A DNA stretch of 34,159 bases from Flavobacteriales bacterium. GTDB lineage: Bacteria > Bacteroidota > Bacteroidia > Flavobacteriales_F > PHOS-HE28. Position 1 is the first letter of the stretch; every line of letters begins with the position of its first letter. Location of the stretch: contig DAORNP010000015.1 of the NCBI GenBank assembly GCA_035441065.1, forward strand, positions 1-34,159. Direction: 5' to 3'. The notes below the pieces were generated by a model, which was given only the letters and a program-made list of their open reading frames with translations, did not search any database and was not told the DNA's origin. Positions 1 through 9,066 of the stretch are shown one piece after another. The translations under genes and the position numbers were made by a program.

Positions 1-1
1 T

Positions 2-166
2 GGCCGTCTGAGCACGCGCATGAGCCAGCGCCCCGCCATCCTGATCGCGCGTGCCGTGTTCCCCGAAGTGGTGGAGCGCCTGCGCGTGATGAAGGATGAA
101 TGGCCTCAGCCTGCGACCGCGAACGACACCACGTTGGCCACCGATTCCTCCAGCGTGCGGAACTGA
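2..166 (+). CDS. possible 3' end of a CDS truncated by the window edge (product unknown)
   Basis: Frame 2 is open from the window edge to TGA at 164-166. 29 of its first 34 codons end in G/C, like the confident genes here. It would overlap the convergent 106..1113 gene by about 60 nt. No recognisable motif. Confidence 0.3.
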   Translation, partial: GRLSTRMSQRPAILIARAVFPEVVERLRVMKDEWPQPATANDTTLATDSSSVRN

Positions 167-1113
167 TGCCCCAGCAGCGCCTTCACCTTGGCATTGCTGT
201 AGGCCCGTTTGTTCAATGAACTGGCCGCTGTGGCCTTCGTCACCATCGGCGATGCCCCGGTGAGCCAGCCGCGCAGGCGCTCGGCACGCCACGCCAGATC
301 CAGCATCCAGGGCCTCACCTCCTTCCTGGGCAATGGATGGCCAAAGGCAGAAGCCAGCAGCTCGAACAAGCGCTTGTATCCTGCGTTCTCGCCGACCAGC
401 AGGTAACGCTCACCGGTGATGCCTTTGTCCATGAGCGTGATCATGCAGGCCGCTACATCGCGTGCATCAACGAACGCATTGGTGCCCGCTGTGTACCAGC
501 GCGTGCCCTTGCGCAGGCGATCAACGATGGTCATGCTGCTGCGGCCCCACTGCCCCGGACCAATCACCACGCTTGGGTTCACGATCACGGCCTCCAAGCC
601 TTCGGCGATACCGCGTTGCACCTCCAACTCCGCCCAGTGCTTGCTGCGCGAATAGTCCGAAACGCGCTTGTGGTCGGACCACGGCAGCGCCTCATCGCCC
701 ATGATGCCCGGCGCCGGTGTGCCGATAGCTGCTGTGGAACTCACGTGGCAGAGCCGCTTCACGCCCGCCTCCAGTGCTGCGTTCACCACGTTCGCCGTGC
801 CTTGCACATTCGAGCGCAGCATGGCGTCGCCCTTCCGCGGATCGAAGCTCACCAAGGCAGCCGCGTGATAGACCCGATCAACGCCATGCATCGCATCAGC
901 CAACGCGCTCACGTCCATCACATCGCCCTCAATCCATTCGATCCGATCAGACAGCTCGCGATGCCCATAGTGCCTAAAAATGCGCTGAACAATGCTGCGA
1001 TCTGAACCTTCGCGATACAAGGCCCGCACGCTATCTCCAGCGCGCAGCAACTCGAGAAGCACGTGTGCGCCTACAATGCCAGTACCGCCAGTGACGAGGT
1101 TCACGGCGCGCAA
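106..1113 (-). CDS. NAD(P)-dependent epimerase/dehydratase, extended SDR family (dihydroflavonol/cinnamoyl-CoA-reductase-like)
   Basis: 335-aa ORF. N-terminal Rossmann motif TGGTGIVG, catalytic YxxxK (YSRSK), typical SDR length. Confidence 0.85.
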   Translation of the reverse strand: MRAVNLVTGGTGIVGAHVLLELLRAGDSVRALYREGSDRSIVQRIFRHYGHRELSDRIEWIEGDVMDVSALADAMHGVDRVYHAAALVSFDPRKGDAMLRSNVQGTANVVNAALEAGVKRLCHVSSTAAIGTPAPGIMGDEALPWSDHKRVSDYSRSKHWAELEVQRGIAEGLEAVIVNPSVVIGPGQWGRSSMTIVDRLRKGTRWYTAGTNAFVDARDVAACMITLMDKGITGERYLLVGENAGYKRLFELLASAFGHPLPRKEVRPWMLDLAWRAERLRGWLTGASPMVTKATAASSLNKRAYSNAKVKALLGHQFRTLEESVANVVSFAVAG

Positions 1114-1133
1114 GGTAGATGAGCCTCAGCCGC

Positions 1134-3317
1134 TCATCGCCTCAGCACGATCCAGGTGTGCAGCTGACGGCCTGCCACTTCTCTCAGTCTCAACAGGTAA
1201 GTGCCATTGGAATAGGAACTCAGATCAATCGTCGCGGCCTTACCGTGGAGGTATCCAACCATCGAGCTGCGACCGAGCGGGTCGATCAAATCGATGGAAT
1301 AGGTCCCGGAATCAGAAACCTCCATTCGGAGATCGCCACTCGCCGGATTCGGGTATACGCGCATCAGCTCAGATTGAGGATCGCTCACGCGCATCGGCTC
1401 CATGGCGACAAGCTCGCTCGTGTTCGTGCGGATCGGTGGATTGAAATCGAAGTAGATGTCGGCCGCATTCCGATAGAGCGTGCCCGGTAGCTCGCTGAAT
1501 GGCCTTAACCGGAATCGTGCAAAGCCATTGCTCCCCATGGGGTCCGAAGCGCTATCGGGCAATTGGATGTTCGGAAAGTCGAAGCGCAGCACGCGGTCGG
1601 GCAGCAGGCTCAGTTGAATGTCATGTGAAGCGGCGAGGAGCACGAAGGAGCCCAGATCGAGTTCGGGCGCGATGGTATCGATCAGGAAGACGTGCTGCGC
1701 TGGGGCCGTTCCGGTGTTCTGGAACCGGATGGTGTAGTCGATGTGCTCATCAATCGGGATGAGGAAGTGCTCCGAGCTGGCACCGGAACTCGTGCGCGCT
1801 CGTTTGTCGTTGGGATCGTACGCGCCAACGGTTATGCTATTCAGCAGGCAAGTGTCGTTCGATGGGTTGGCATCAGCCACTGTACCGCTGATCATGCATT
1901 GCGCGGTGAGGGTGGTTCCGATCAGGCCCGGATCCGGGGGCAATTGCACCTGTATCCAGAAATCCTGTGATGAGAACGGGTCGAGGGCGGCAATGTCCCA
2001 GTTGATGAAGCCAGGGCCCTGCGCGGTCGGGGCCGGATCGGATGCAACGAATGAAAGGAGCGGATCGAACGCGATGGTCAGCGTCAAGTCGCTCATGGCG
2101 ATCGGTCCATCATTGTGCACCGACGTGACATAGTAGGTGGAGAATCCCGGCGCATGTGAGCCCGCGCCCAGATAGGTATAGGCGTCGGGGCCGGAGCCAT
2201 AGGTCATGGCCATGTCGAGTTGCGCGTCGGGTTGCAGCACCGTGAGGGTGAAAGGCGCAGGCAACGTTGCGGGACAGTTCGGGTCAAAGCCGGGCGCAGC
2301 GATCGTGGCGGTGTATGCTCCGAGCGGCATGCCTCGCGTGTAAGCGCCTTGGCTGTTGGTGAAGGCATACGCGCCCGTCGGCGAGATGGTGATCATGCGG
2401 TTCGGCAAGCCGGGCTCACCGCCCGCCTGCGCGCAATCGCCATCCAGATCGGCGAAGGCGATTCCGCTGAGCGTGCCGCACCCTGCAGGCAACGTGGGCA
2501 CTACGACCAGAATGGTGTCGAAGCAGGTCGGGTTGGGTGAAGGTTGCGCGTAGAACTGATACATCCCAGCTGGAAGGCCATCGACCTGCACTTGCCCCGG
2601 TGTGGGGTAGCTGATCGCAATGGTGTTCGTGGCCCCGGGTGCGCTTGCTACGTAGAGGTCAACAGGCATGTCGAATTGGAAGGTGGCGCTTCCATTCGCA
2701 TCACCCGCGCAACTGCCCGTGATGGATTGCAACAGCAAGTCGGGGGAGGGCTCATCGACCACCACGAGCTGGGTTTCGGCAGTGCAGCCCAGCGCATCAC
2801 TCAGCGCCACGTCGTACACCTGCCCGGCGCAAAGGGCACCCATGCCGAGGTACGATCCGCTCAAGGAATAGGTGCCGGGAGCAAGGCCCGATACGGTGTA
2901 CGGGCCGCCTGCCGTGCCTCCAGCGTATGGCAGCGCCAGGCTCAAGATGGCACATCCGCCATCACAAGATGTCACCGAATAACTGGGTTGCCAGTTCACC
3001 TGCAACGAAGGCACCGTGATCACATCGGCGCTCTCTGTGAACACCGCGCCGAGTGCATCGGTGATGGTGAGCGAGTAGGTGCCGGCGAAGAGCCCGTTGA
3101 TCGTCAGGTCAAGCGTGTCACCGCTGGAGGTGAGGCCCGTGCTCCATTCCGCAGTGACCGGCCATTCAAAATCGAGCAGGCTTGCTGAAACCGCACCATT
3201 TCCGTTCCCGCAGGCGTCATGCACCACTGAAAGGGTGATGGTTTGCGATTGCACGACAGGAATGAATGCCACGGCAAAGCCGGTCAGCAGGGTGCGCCGC
3301 ATGGCAGGGTATTTCAT
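1134..3317 (-). CDS. secreted cell-surface protein with T9SS (Por) C-terminal sorting domain
   Basis: Start trimmed to MKYPAMRRTLL.., which gives a signal-peptide-like N-terminus ending VVQSQ. N-terminal Cys-x-Gly-x-x-N-G Ig-like segments (ACGNGNGAV, SCAGDANGSAT) are reminiscent of SprB-type repeats. Central YDPNDK / IYFDFNPP module is common in Bacteroidota adhesin-like proteins. C-terminal ~75 aa (VYPNPASGDL...YLLRL...) is a typical T9SS type-A CTD. Confidence 0.85.
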   Translation of the reverse strand: MKYPAMRRTLLTGFAVAFIPVVQSQTITLSVVHDACGNGNGAVSASLLDFEWPVTAEWSTGLTSSGDTLDLTINGLFAGTYSLTITDALGAVFTESADVITVPSLQVNWQPSYSVTSCDGGCAILSLALPYAGGTAGGPYTVSGLAPGTYSLSGSYLGMGALCAGQVYDVALSDALGCTAETQLVVVDEPSPDLLLQSITGSCAGDANGSATFQFDMPVDLYVASAPGATNTIAISYPTPGQVQVDGLPAGMYQFYAQPSPNPTCFDTILVVVPTLPAGCGTLSGIAFADLDGDCAQAGGEPGLPNRMITISPTGAYAFTNSQGAYTRGMPLGAYTATIAAPGFDPNCPATLPAPFTLTVLQPDAQLDMAMTYGSGPDAYTYLGAGSHAPGFSTYYVTSVHNDGPIAMSDLTLTIAFDPLLSFVASDPAPTAQGPGFINWDIAALDPFSSQDFWIQVQLPPDPGLIGTTLTAQCMISGTVADANPSNDTCLLNSITVGAYDPNDKRARTSSGASSEHFLIPIDEHIDYTIRFQNTGTAPAQHVFLIDTIAPELDLGSFVLLAASHDIQLSLLPDRVLRFDFPNIQLPDSASDPMGSNGFARFRLRPFSELPGTLYRNAADIYFDFNPPIRTNTSELVAMEPMRVSDPQSELMRVYPNPASGDLRMEVSDSGTYSIDLIDPLGRSSMVGYLHGKAATIDLSSYSNGTYLLRLREVAGRQLHTWIVLRR

Positions 3318-3377
3318 GGACAAGGTAACAGCTAGACCCACATGCTCCTGGCCGCGTTGCCTCAAAGAAGGCCCTTC

Positions 3378-3385
3378 TACCTTCG
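3378..3385 (+). promoter_or_regulatory. candidate Bacteroidota -7 promoter box (TACCTTCG) for tyrS
   Basis: TAnnTT(C)G box 18 nt upstream of the tyrS ATG. A TTG at 3357-3359 lies 18 nt further upstream, as a possible -33 element. Confidence 0.35.
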
Positions 3386-3403
3386 CCGCGCATTCGCTAC
3401 AAC

Positions 3404-4681
3404 ATGAAGAATTACATCGCCGAGCTCCGCTGGCGCGGCCTCCTGCACGACAGCATGCCGGGCGCCGAAGAGCAGCTGGCCAAGGGACCGCAACGCGGCT
3501 ACATCGGCTTCGACCCTACGGCCGACAGCCTGCACGTGGGCAACATGGTGCAGATCATGATGCTTGTGCATTTCCAGCGCTGCGGCAACACGCCCATCGC
3601 GCTCGTGGGCGGCGCCACCGGCATGGTGGGCGATCCCAGCGGCAAGAGCAGCGAACGCAACCTGCTCGACGAGGACGCGCTGCGCCACAACCAAGCGTGC
3701 GTGCAAGCGCAGCTCGAGCGCTTCATCGACTTCACCGGCCCCAACGCCGCCGAGCTGGTGAACAACTACGACTGGTTCAAGGACTTGGGCTTCCTGCGCT
3801 TCATCCGCGAAGTGGGCAAGCACATCACCGTGAACTATATGATGGCCAAGGACAGCGTGAAGAACCGCCTGGACACCGGCATCAGCTTCACGGAGTTCAG
3901 CTACCAGCTGGTGCAGGGCTACGACTTCTACTGGCTGTGGAGGAACAAGGGGTGCAACTTCCAGATGGGCGGCAGCGACCAATGGGGCAACATCACCACA
4001 GGCACCGAGCTGATCCGGCGCATGGGTGGCGAAGAGGCGATGAGCAATCCCGCCTTCGCCATCACCACGCCGCTGCTCACCAAGGCCGATGGCAGCAAAT
4101 TCGGCAAGAGCGAGAGCGGTAACGTGTGGCTCGACGCCAAGCGCACCTCACCCTACAAGTTCTACCAGTTCTGGATGAACGTGGGCGACGAAGAAGCCGC
4201 GAAGTGCCTGCGCATCTTCACCACCTGGGAGCAGGCGCAAGTTGAAGGTGTGCTGTCCGAGCATGGCAAGGCGCCGCATCTGCGCCTTGCGCAGAAAGCA
4301 CTGGCCGAAGAGATCACACGACGGGTGCATGGCGATGGTGAGTTGAAGGGCGCGCAACAGGCGAGCGAGATCCTCTTCGGCAGTGCAACGGCTAATGCGC
4401 TCACCCAACTCTCCGACCAGCAGTGGCTAGACGTGTTCGAGGGCGTGCCGCAAGCGGAGGTCTCGCGCGATGCACTGACCGGAACAAGCATCATCGACCT
4501 GCTCACTGACCGCACAGGCTTCCTGCCCAGTAAGGGCGAGGCGAAACGCGCACTGAAGGAAGGCAGCATCAGCGTGAACCGGCAGAAGGTAGATGAAGCC
4601 TGGATCTCGAATGCCGACGGGCGTTTCATCCTACTGCAACGCGGCAAGAAGAACTACTTCCTGGTGAAAGTCGTCGGCTAG
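3404..4681 (+). CDS. tyrS: tyrosine--tRNA ligase
   Basis: 425 aa. Class-I HIGH motif (LHVGN), KMSKS-type motif (KFGKS), C-terminal S4-like RNA-binding domain. Strong overall TyrRS resemblance. Confidence 0.97.
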   Translation: MKNYIAELRWRGLLHDSMPGAEEQLAKGPQRGYIGFDPTADSLHVGNMVQIMMLVHFQRCGNTPIALVGGATGMVGDPSGKSSERNLLDEDALRHNQACVQAQLERFIDFTGPNAAELVNNYDWFKDLGFLRFIREVGKHITVNYMMAKDSVKNRLDTGISFTEFSYQLVQGYDFYWLWRNKGCNFQMGGSDQWGNITTGTELIRRMGGEEAMSNPAFAITTPLLTKADGSKFGKSESGNVWLDAKRTSPYKFYQFWMNVGDEEAAKCLRIFTTWEQAQVEGVLSEHGKAPHLRLAQKALAEEITRRVHGDGELKGAQQASEILFGSATANALTQLSDQQWLDVFEGVPQAEVSRDALTGTSIIDLLTDRTGFLPSKGEAKRALKEGSISVNRQKVDEAWISNADGRFILLQRGKKNYFLVKVVG

Positions 4682-5688
4682 GCCTCCAGCAGCAGATTGC
4701 AACCCCGTGCATCGCTGTTGTCGAAGCGACCGAGCACCTCGAACGACCCATCGGCATGCATGCGCCCGAGGTCCTGCGTGCTGATGAAGGGGCAGCTGGC
4801 GATGTTGGCCAGGTCGATGAAATCGATGCCGCCGGTGCGCCCAACGGGAACGGAAGCGAAGGGATCATTCACCTCGCGCAAGCGCACCTGCATCCACGGC
4901 GGGCAGCGGTAGAGGCCGTCGCCGGTGCTCCAGGCTTGCGAGAGCAATTCAGTCATTCCGTATTCGCTGTGGATGGAGGGCACCTGGAACGCGTGCTTCA
5001 GTATGGAGTGCAGTTCCTCGCGCACGATCTCCGGTCGTCGTCCTTTCATGCCGCCCGTTTCCATGATGATGGTATGGCGCAGTGGCATCGGGAAGCGCTC
5101 GGCGAGGTCGAGCAGCGCGAAGGTGACGCCGAGCAGGAGCGTCTTGCGGCCCTTTGCTTCGGACTGCTGCAGTGTTTGCGCCAAGCGATCGAGATCGTGC
5201 AGGTAGAAGCCGCTCAGCGCATCGCCAGTTGCCGTGATGAGCTTCTCGGCCATGTACACCAAGGAGCTGCCGGTGCGCTCCAAATACGAAGGCAGCAGCG
5301 CGAGGATCCGCCATTCGCGCGGATCACCATAGACCGCTTGGAAAGAGGTAAGGAACGAACGCTCGTAATGCCCGGGCCAAGGCACGTGGTGCGTGCTGGT
5401 GATGCTGCCGGTGGTGCCGCTGCTGGTGAAGGAGACCGTCGGCTCCAGGCCGTCGAGCAGATTGCGCTGGCTCCGGAAGAGCGTGATGGGCAGGAATGGA
5501 ATCGCCGAAATGCCCGTGATGCCTTGCGGATCGCGGCCCAAGGCCAGCAGATAGCGGCGATACACCGCGTTGTGGGCGGCATGCAGGCGGAAGAGCTCCA
5601 TCGCCAACGACTCGAACGCAGCGGCGTCCTTCACCGAAAAAACGTCGTCGCGCAAGTGGGCAACGGCGTGGGCGAGGGTACTGGGCAT
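4678..5688 (-). CDS. LuxE-family acyl-protein synthetase / acyl-adenylate-forming enzyme (function unknown)
   Basis: The N-terminal region ([29 protein letters not shown]) and C-terminal [14 protein letters not shown] tail match the conserved Bacteroidota LuxE-like family as I recall it. Start trimmed to MPSTL to avoid overlap with the divergent lipoprotein gene. Confidence 0.7.
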   Translation of the reverse strand: MPSTLAHAVAHLRDDVFSVKDAAAFESLAMELFRLHAAHNAVYRRYLLALGRDPQGITGISAIPFLPITLFRSQRNLLDGLEPTVSFTSSGTTGSITSTHHVPWPGHYERSFLTSFQAVYGDPREWRILALLPSYLERTGSSLVYMAEKLITATGDALSGFYLHDLDRLAQTLQQSEAKGRKTLLLGVTFALLDLAERFPMPLRHTIIMETGGMKGRRPEIVREELHSILKHAFQVPSIHSEYGMTELLSQAWSTGDGLYRCPPWMQVRLREVNDPFASVPVGRTGGIDFIDLANIASCPFISTQDLGRMHADGSFEVLGRFDNSDARGCNLLLEA

Positions 5689-5703
5689 CCTACTTTTGGG
5701 ACC

Positions 5704-6219
5704 ATGCACAAAGGCATGCGCACAAGGGCGAAGGTAGCCGGGGCCATCGGTCTGCTGCTCTTGGCGCTCACTGGATGCCGGCCCGAGAAGAAGTTCCCGG
5801 CTGAGCCCGTGATCGAGTTCAAGTCGTTCACGCAGTACGGCGATTCAGCCTCGTTGGTGATCAACTTCACCGATGGTGATGGAGACATCGGCTTGGGCGA
5901 ATCGGACAGCCAACCGCCCTTCGATACGGGCAGCACCTATTACCACAACCTGTTCGTGGAATACGACACCTTGGAGAACGGCACATGGCGACGCGTGCAA
6001 TTCCTGCTCCCGCTCTACTACCGCATCCCGCGCATTACGCCCACTGGGCAGAACAAGACCTTGGAAGGCGAGATTGCCGTGGCCCTGAAGCCGTGGCCTT
6101 TGGTCACCTACCCCACTGGTTGGCCAGCGGATACCATTCGCCTCACCGTGACCTTGGTTGACCGTTCGCTGAACGTGAGCAACGCCGTGGAGAGCCCGCC
6201 GCAGCGGATCGTGTACTGA
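5704..6219 (+). CDS. hypothetical lipoprotein
   Basis: This is the in-frame distal part of the 4756..6219 ORF. Starting at MHKGMRTRAKVAGAIGLLLLALTGC gives a signal peptide plus lipobox (LTGC). The upstream part of the ORF is antisense to the LuxE-like gene. Confidence 0.6.
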   Translation: MHKGMRTRAKVAGAIGLLLLALTGCRPEKKFPAEPVIEFKSFTQYGDSASLVINFTDGDGDIGLGESDSQPPFDTGSTYYHNLFVEYDTLENGTWRRVQFLLPLYYRIPRITPTGQNKTLEGEIAVALKPWPLVTYPTGWPADTIRLTVTLVDRSLNVSNAVESPPQRIVY

Positions 6220-7905
6220 TCACGTCTCACCCGCAAGTGCCTCGCTCACGTTGATGAGGTGATCGCCCACCTTCTCGCAGCTGCTGAAGAGGTCGTGATA
6301 GACCAATCCGCTTCGCACGTTGTAATCGCCCTCTTCGATGCTCCGCCAGTGCTTCAGGCGCAAATGGTCGCGCATGGCGTTGATGCGCTGCTCCGCCTCC
6401 ACCGCCGCATCAAGCCGCACGGCCTCCTGCTCCGCATCCAGGTTGGTGACCATCACCTCGAAGGCCTGATTGAGCAGGTCGAGCATGGCGAGCAGGTCCT
6501 GACGCTGCTCCGGTGAGAACCAGAGCTTGTCGTCGAGTTTGCGCTCCATTGACTTGCTCATCTGGAAGAAGATGTCGCCCACTCGCTCCAAGTCGCCCAC
6601 GATGCTGAGCATGCCGCGGATGCGCCCGCTCAGCTCTTCATTGCGCGCCTCGGTGCTGGTCTTCGTGAGGTATTTGCCCACTTCCACCTCCAGGCGGTCG
6701 GTGATCTGTTCATAGCGTTCGAGGCGCTGCATGAGGCGGTCGCGCGCGATGGGGTCGCGCATGGTGAGCAATTGGCGCGTCATGCCCAGCATCTCGTGCG
6801 TGAGCTTGCCGAAGCGCGCGATCTCACGGCGCGCTTCGATCAGCGACACTTCGGGCGAGAGCGGGATATCGGCATCAAGGTACTCCAGACGGTACTCCTC
6901 GTCGAGCTGGGTCCGCGCCGGCACCATCCATGTGACGATGCGCTCAAGCATGGGCACGAAGCCGACCAAGAGCAGCGTGTTGGCCACGTTGAAGCCGATG
7001 TGCAAGGCGGTGAGCGCCCATTTGATGCTCGATGGCTCGGTGTAGGGCGAGGCGCCGAATTGGAAGGTGATGAGTGCATCGATCGCATCGAGCATGGGCT
7101 TGAACAGGAGCAAGGCCCACGCCGCGCCGATGAGGTTGAAGAGCAAGTGCGCGCGCGCCGTGCGCTTCGCCCAAGCGCTGGCCACCAGCGCGGCGATGTT
7201 GGCGGTGAGCGTGGTGCCGATGTTCTCGCCGATGATCAGCGCGGCGGCCATGTCGTAGCCAATGGTGCCATTCTCACAGAGCACCAGCGTGAGCGCGATG
7301 GAAGCGCTCGAGCTCTGGATCACCGCAGCCAGCAGGGTTCCAACACCAACGAAGAGCAGGACCGAAAGCAAACCGCGATCGCTCAGGCCGCGCAGGAAGC
7401 TGAGCGCTTCGGCCGATGGCGTCGGCACCGACTGCTTCAGGAACTCGATGCCCAAGAAGAGCAACGCGGCCCCCATGAGAAACTCGGCGCCGGCCCGCGC
7501 GCGCGGCGACTTGATGAAGAGCAACGGAAAGGCGATGCCGATGATGGGGATGGCCAGCTTGGTGATGCTCATGTCGGCGAACACCGCCCAACTGAAGAGC
7601 ACGGCCTTAATCGTAGTGCCGATGTTGGCACCCATGATCACGCTTATGGCCTGCCGAACGCTGAGCAGTCCCGCGTTCACAAAACCCACTACCATCACTG
7701 TTGCCGCGCTACTGCTCTGGATCACGCCTGTGCTCACCAGGCCGGTGAGCACGCCGCGGAAACGATTGGCCGTCATGCTCGCAAGCACCGTTCGCATGCG
7801 GCGGCCAGCCACGCGCTGCAGGCCCTCGCTCATCACCTTCATCCCGTAGATGAACAGGCCCAGCGATCCCGCAAGGGTGAGGAACTCGATGAGGCCGAAA
7901 TGCAT
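6220..7905 (-). CDS. Na+/phosphate cotransporter family protein with C-terminal PhoU-like domain
   Basis: Polytopic N-terminal half with the duplicated Na/Pi-cotransporter signature (QSSSA appears twice). Soluble helical C-terminal half is of PhoU type. Start trimmed to MHFGLIEFLTLAG. Confidence 0.9.
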   Translation of the reverse strand: MHFGLIEFLTLAGSLGLFIYGMKVMSEGLQRVAGRRMRTVLASMTANRFRGVLTGLVSTGVIQSSSAATVMVVGFVNAGLLSVRQAISVIMGANIGTTIKAVLFSWAVFADMSITKLAIPIIGIAFPLLFIKSPRARAGAEFLMGAALLFLGIEFLKQSVPTPSAEALSFLRGLSDRGLLSVLLFVGVGTLLAAVIQSSSASIALTLVLCENGTIGYDMAAALIIGENIGTTLTANIAALVASAWAKRTARAHLLFNLIGAAWALLLFKPMLDAIDALITFQFGASPYTEPSSIKWALTALHIGFNVANTLLLVGFVPMLERIVTWMVPARTQLDEEYRLEYLDADIPLSPEVSLIEARREIARFGKLTHEMLGMTRQLLTMRDPIARDRLMQRLERYEQITDRLEVEVGKYLTKTSTEARNEELSGRIRGMLSIVGDLERVGDIFFQMSKSMERKLDDKLWFSPEQRQDLLAMLDLLNQAFEVMVTNLDAEQEAVRLDAAVEAEQRINAMRDHLRLKHWRSIEEGDYNVRSGLVYHDLFSSCEKVGDHLINVSEALAGET

Positions 7906-7919
7906 GGGTAAGCGGGCGG

Positions 7920-7927
7920 CGAATCTA
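7920..7927 (-). promoter_or_regulatory. candidate -7 promoter box (TAGATTCG on minus strand) for the Na/Pi transporter gene
   Basis: TAnnTT(C)G box 14 nt upstream of the ATG at 7905, with a TTG 17 nt further upstream on the same strand. Confidence 0.35.
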
Positions 7928-7991
7928 CCCGTGCCCTGTTTCGGCAAGGTTAAGTCTGCGTGCTGCGGGGCCATGCTGCGCAAGCGGCGCC

Positions 7992-7999
7992 TAAACTTG
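7992..7999 (+). promoter_or_regulatory. candidate -7-like box (TAAACTTG) for the histidine kinase gene
   Basis: 16 nt upstream of the ATG at 8016. The same 12-mer TAAACTTGCGCC recurs upstream of purH. It overlaps a 7-bp inverted repeat (7978-7984 / 7996-8002). Confidence 0.3.
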
Positions 8000-8015
8000 C
8001 GCCAACAGCCCGTTC

Positions 8016-9050
8016 ATGGATCAGCTCACCACGCGCCAAGTCGCACTGCTCGCCGCGCTCGTGGTGGCCGTGGCCGGCGGGCTTCTCGCTGGCGTAGCGG
8101 TCGACATCACCGGCTCGTCGATTGCGCGCTGGTGGCCCTTCATCTGCGCACTTCTCGTGTTCGGGGTCGCCTACGGCGTTTTCGCATTCGGCATCGAGCG
8201 CTTCGTGCATGGGCGCATCAAGACCCTGTACCGCACCGTGCATGACCTGCGACGCGCGAAGCCCGACGCCTCCGCATCGAATGCCGGTGACGAGTTGAGC
8301 CGCGTGAACGCAGAAGTGGCCGAATGGGCCAGCGAGCGGCGCACCGAGATCCGCGGCCTGCAAGAGCGCGAGAAATTCCGCCGCGAATTCATCGGCAACC
8401 TCGCGCACGAGCTCAAGACGCCCATCTTCAACATCCAGGGCTACATCCTCACTTTGCTCGAGGGCGGCCTTGAGGATGGCAAGGTGAACCGCGATTTCCT
8501 GGAGCGCGCATCGAATGGCGTGGACCGCCTGATGAAGATCGTGGAGGACCTGGACATGATCACCAAGCTCGAGAGCGGCGCGATGGAGCTGCGTGTGGCC
8601 CGCACCGATCTGCACACGGTGGTGAAAGAGGCGATCGAAGGCCTTGAGCTGAATTCGCGGGAGAAGGGCGTGCGCCTGGTGAACGAAGTAGCGCCGGGCA
8701 CCGAGGTGATGGCCGACCGCAACCGCTTGCTCCAGGTCTGCACGAACCTGCTCAACAATGCAATCAACTACGGTCGCGAAGGCGGACGATGCACCATCTC
8801 GTGCTACCCCCTCGGCGAGCAGATCGCCGTTGATGTGAGCGACGATGGAATCGGCATCAGCCCCGAGCACCTGCCGCGCCTCTTCGAGCGCTTCTATCGC
8901 GTGGGCAAGAGCCGCGCGCGCAACGAGGGCGGATCAGGGCTGGGACTGGCCATCGTGAAGCACATCATCGATGCGCATGGGCAGACCATTGCGGTGAAGA
9001 GCGATGAAGGGAAGGGCACCACCTTCACCTTCACGCTGCAAGGACGGTAG
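8016..9050 (+). CDS. membrane sensor histidine kinase (HisKA + HATPase_c), no adjacent response regulator
   Basis: Two N-terminal hydrophobic helices with a very short connecting loop. H-box HELKTP, N-box NLLNNAINY, G-boxes DDGIGI and GGSGLGLAIVK. Confidence 0.9.
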   Translation: MDQLTTRQVALLAALVVAVAGGLLAGVAVDITGSSIARWWPFICALLVFGVAYGVFAFGIERFVHGRIKTLYRTVHDLRRAKPDASASNAGDELSRVNAEVAEWASERRTEIRGLQEREKFRREFIGNLAHELKTPIFNIQGYILTLLEGGLEDGKVNRDFLERASNGVDRLMKIVEDLDMITKLESGAMELRVARTDLHTVVKEAIEGLELNSREKGVRLVNEVAPGTEVMADRNRLLQVCTNLLNNAINYGREGGRCTISCYPLGEQIAVDVSDDGIGISPEHLPRLFERFYRVGKSRARNEGGSGLGLAIVKHIIDAHGQTIAVKSDEGKGTTFTFTLQGR

Positions 9051-9066
9051 GCAGATGGCGTAGAGC

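Noticed and set aside
3079-4122. 347-aa plus-strand ORF overlapping the T9SS gene start and tyrS in another frame
   Set aside because: Extremely Arg/His/Pro/Ala-rich. It overlaps the tyrS frame, which carries the HIGH and KMSKS motifs, so it is an off-frame artefact.
6772-7911. 379-aa plus-strand ORF opposite the Na/Pi transporter, plus the similar antisense ORFs 13484..14857 and 26984..28225
   Set aside because: All lie antisense to confidently identified genes (Na/Pi-PhoU, PpiD-like, ALDH) and show the same low-complexity, charged composition.
8016-9050. Calling the histidine kinase PhoR
   Set aside because: Only the generic HisKA/HATPase motifs are visible. There is no PAS domain that I can recognise and no adjacent PhoB. 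Proximity to a Na/Pi-PhoU gene is suggestive but not sufficient for a gene name.
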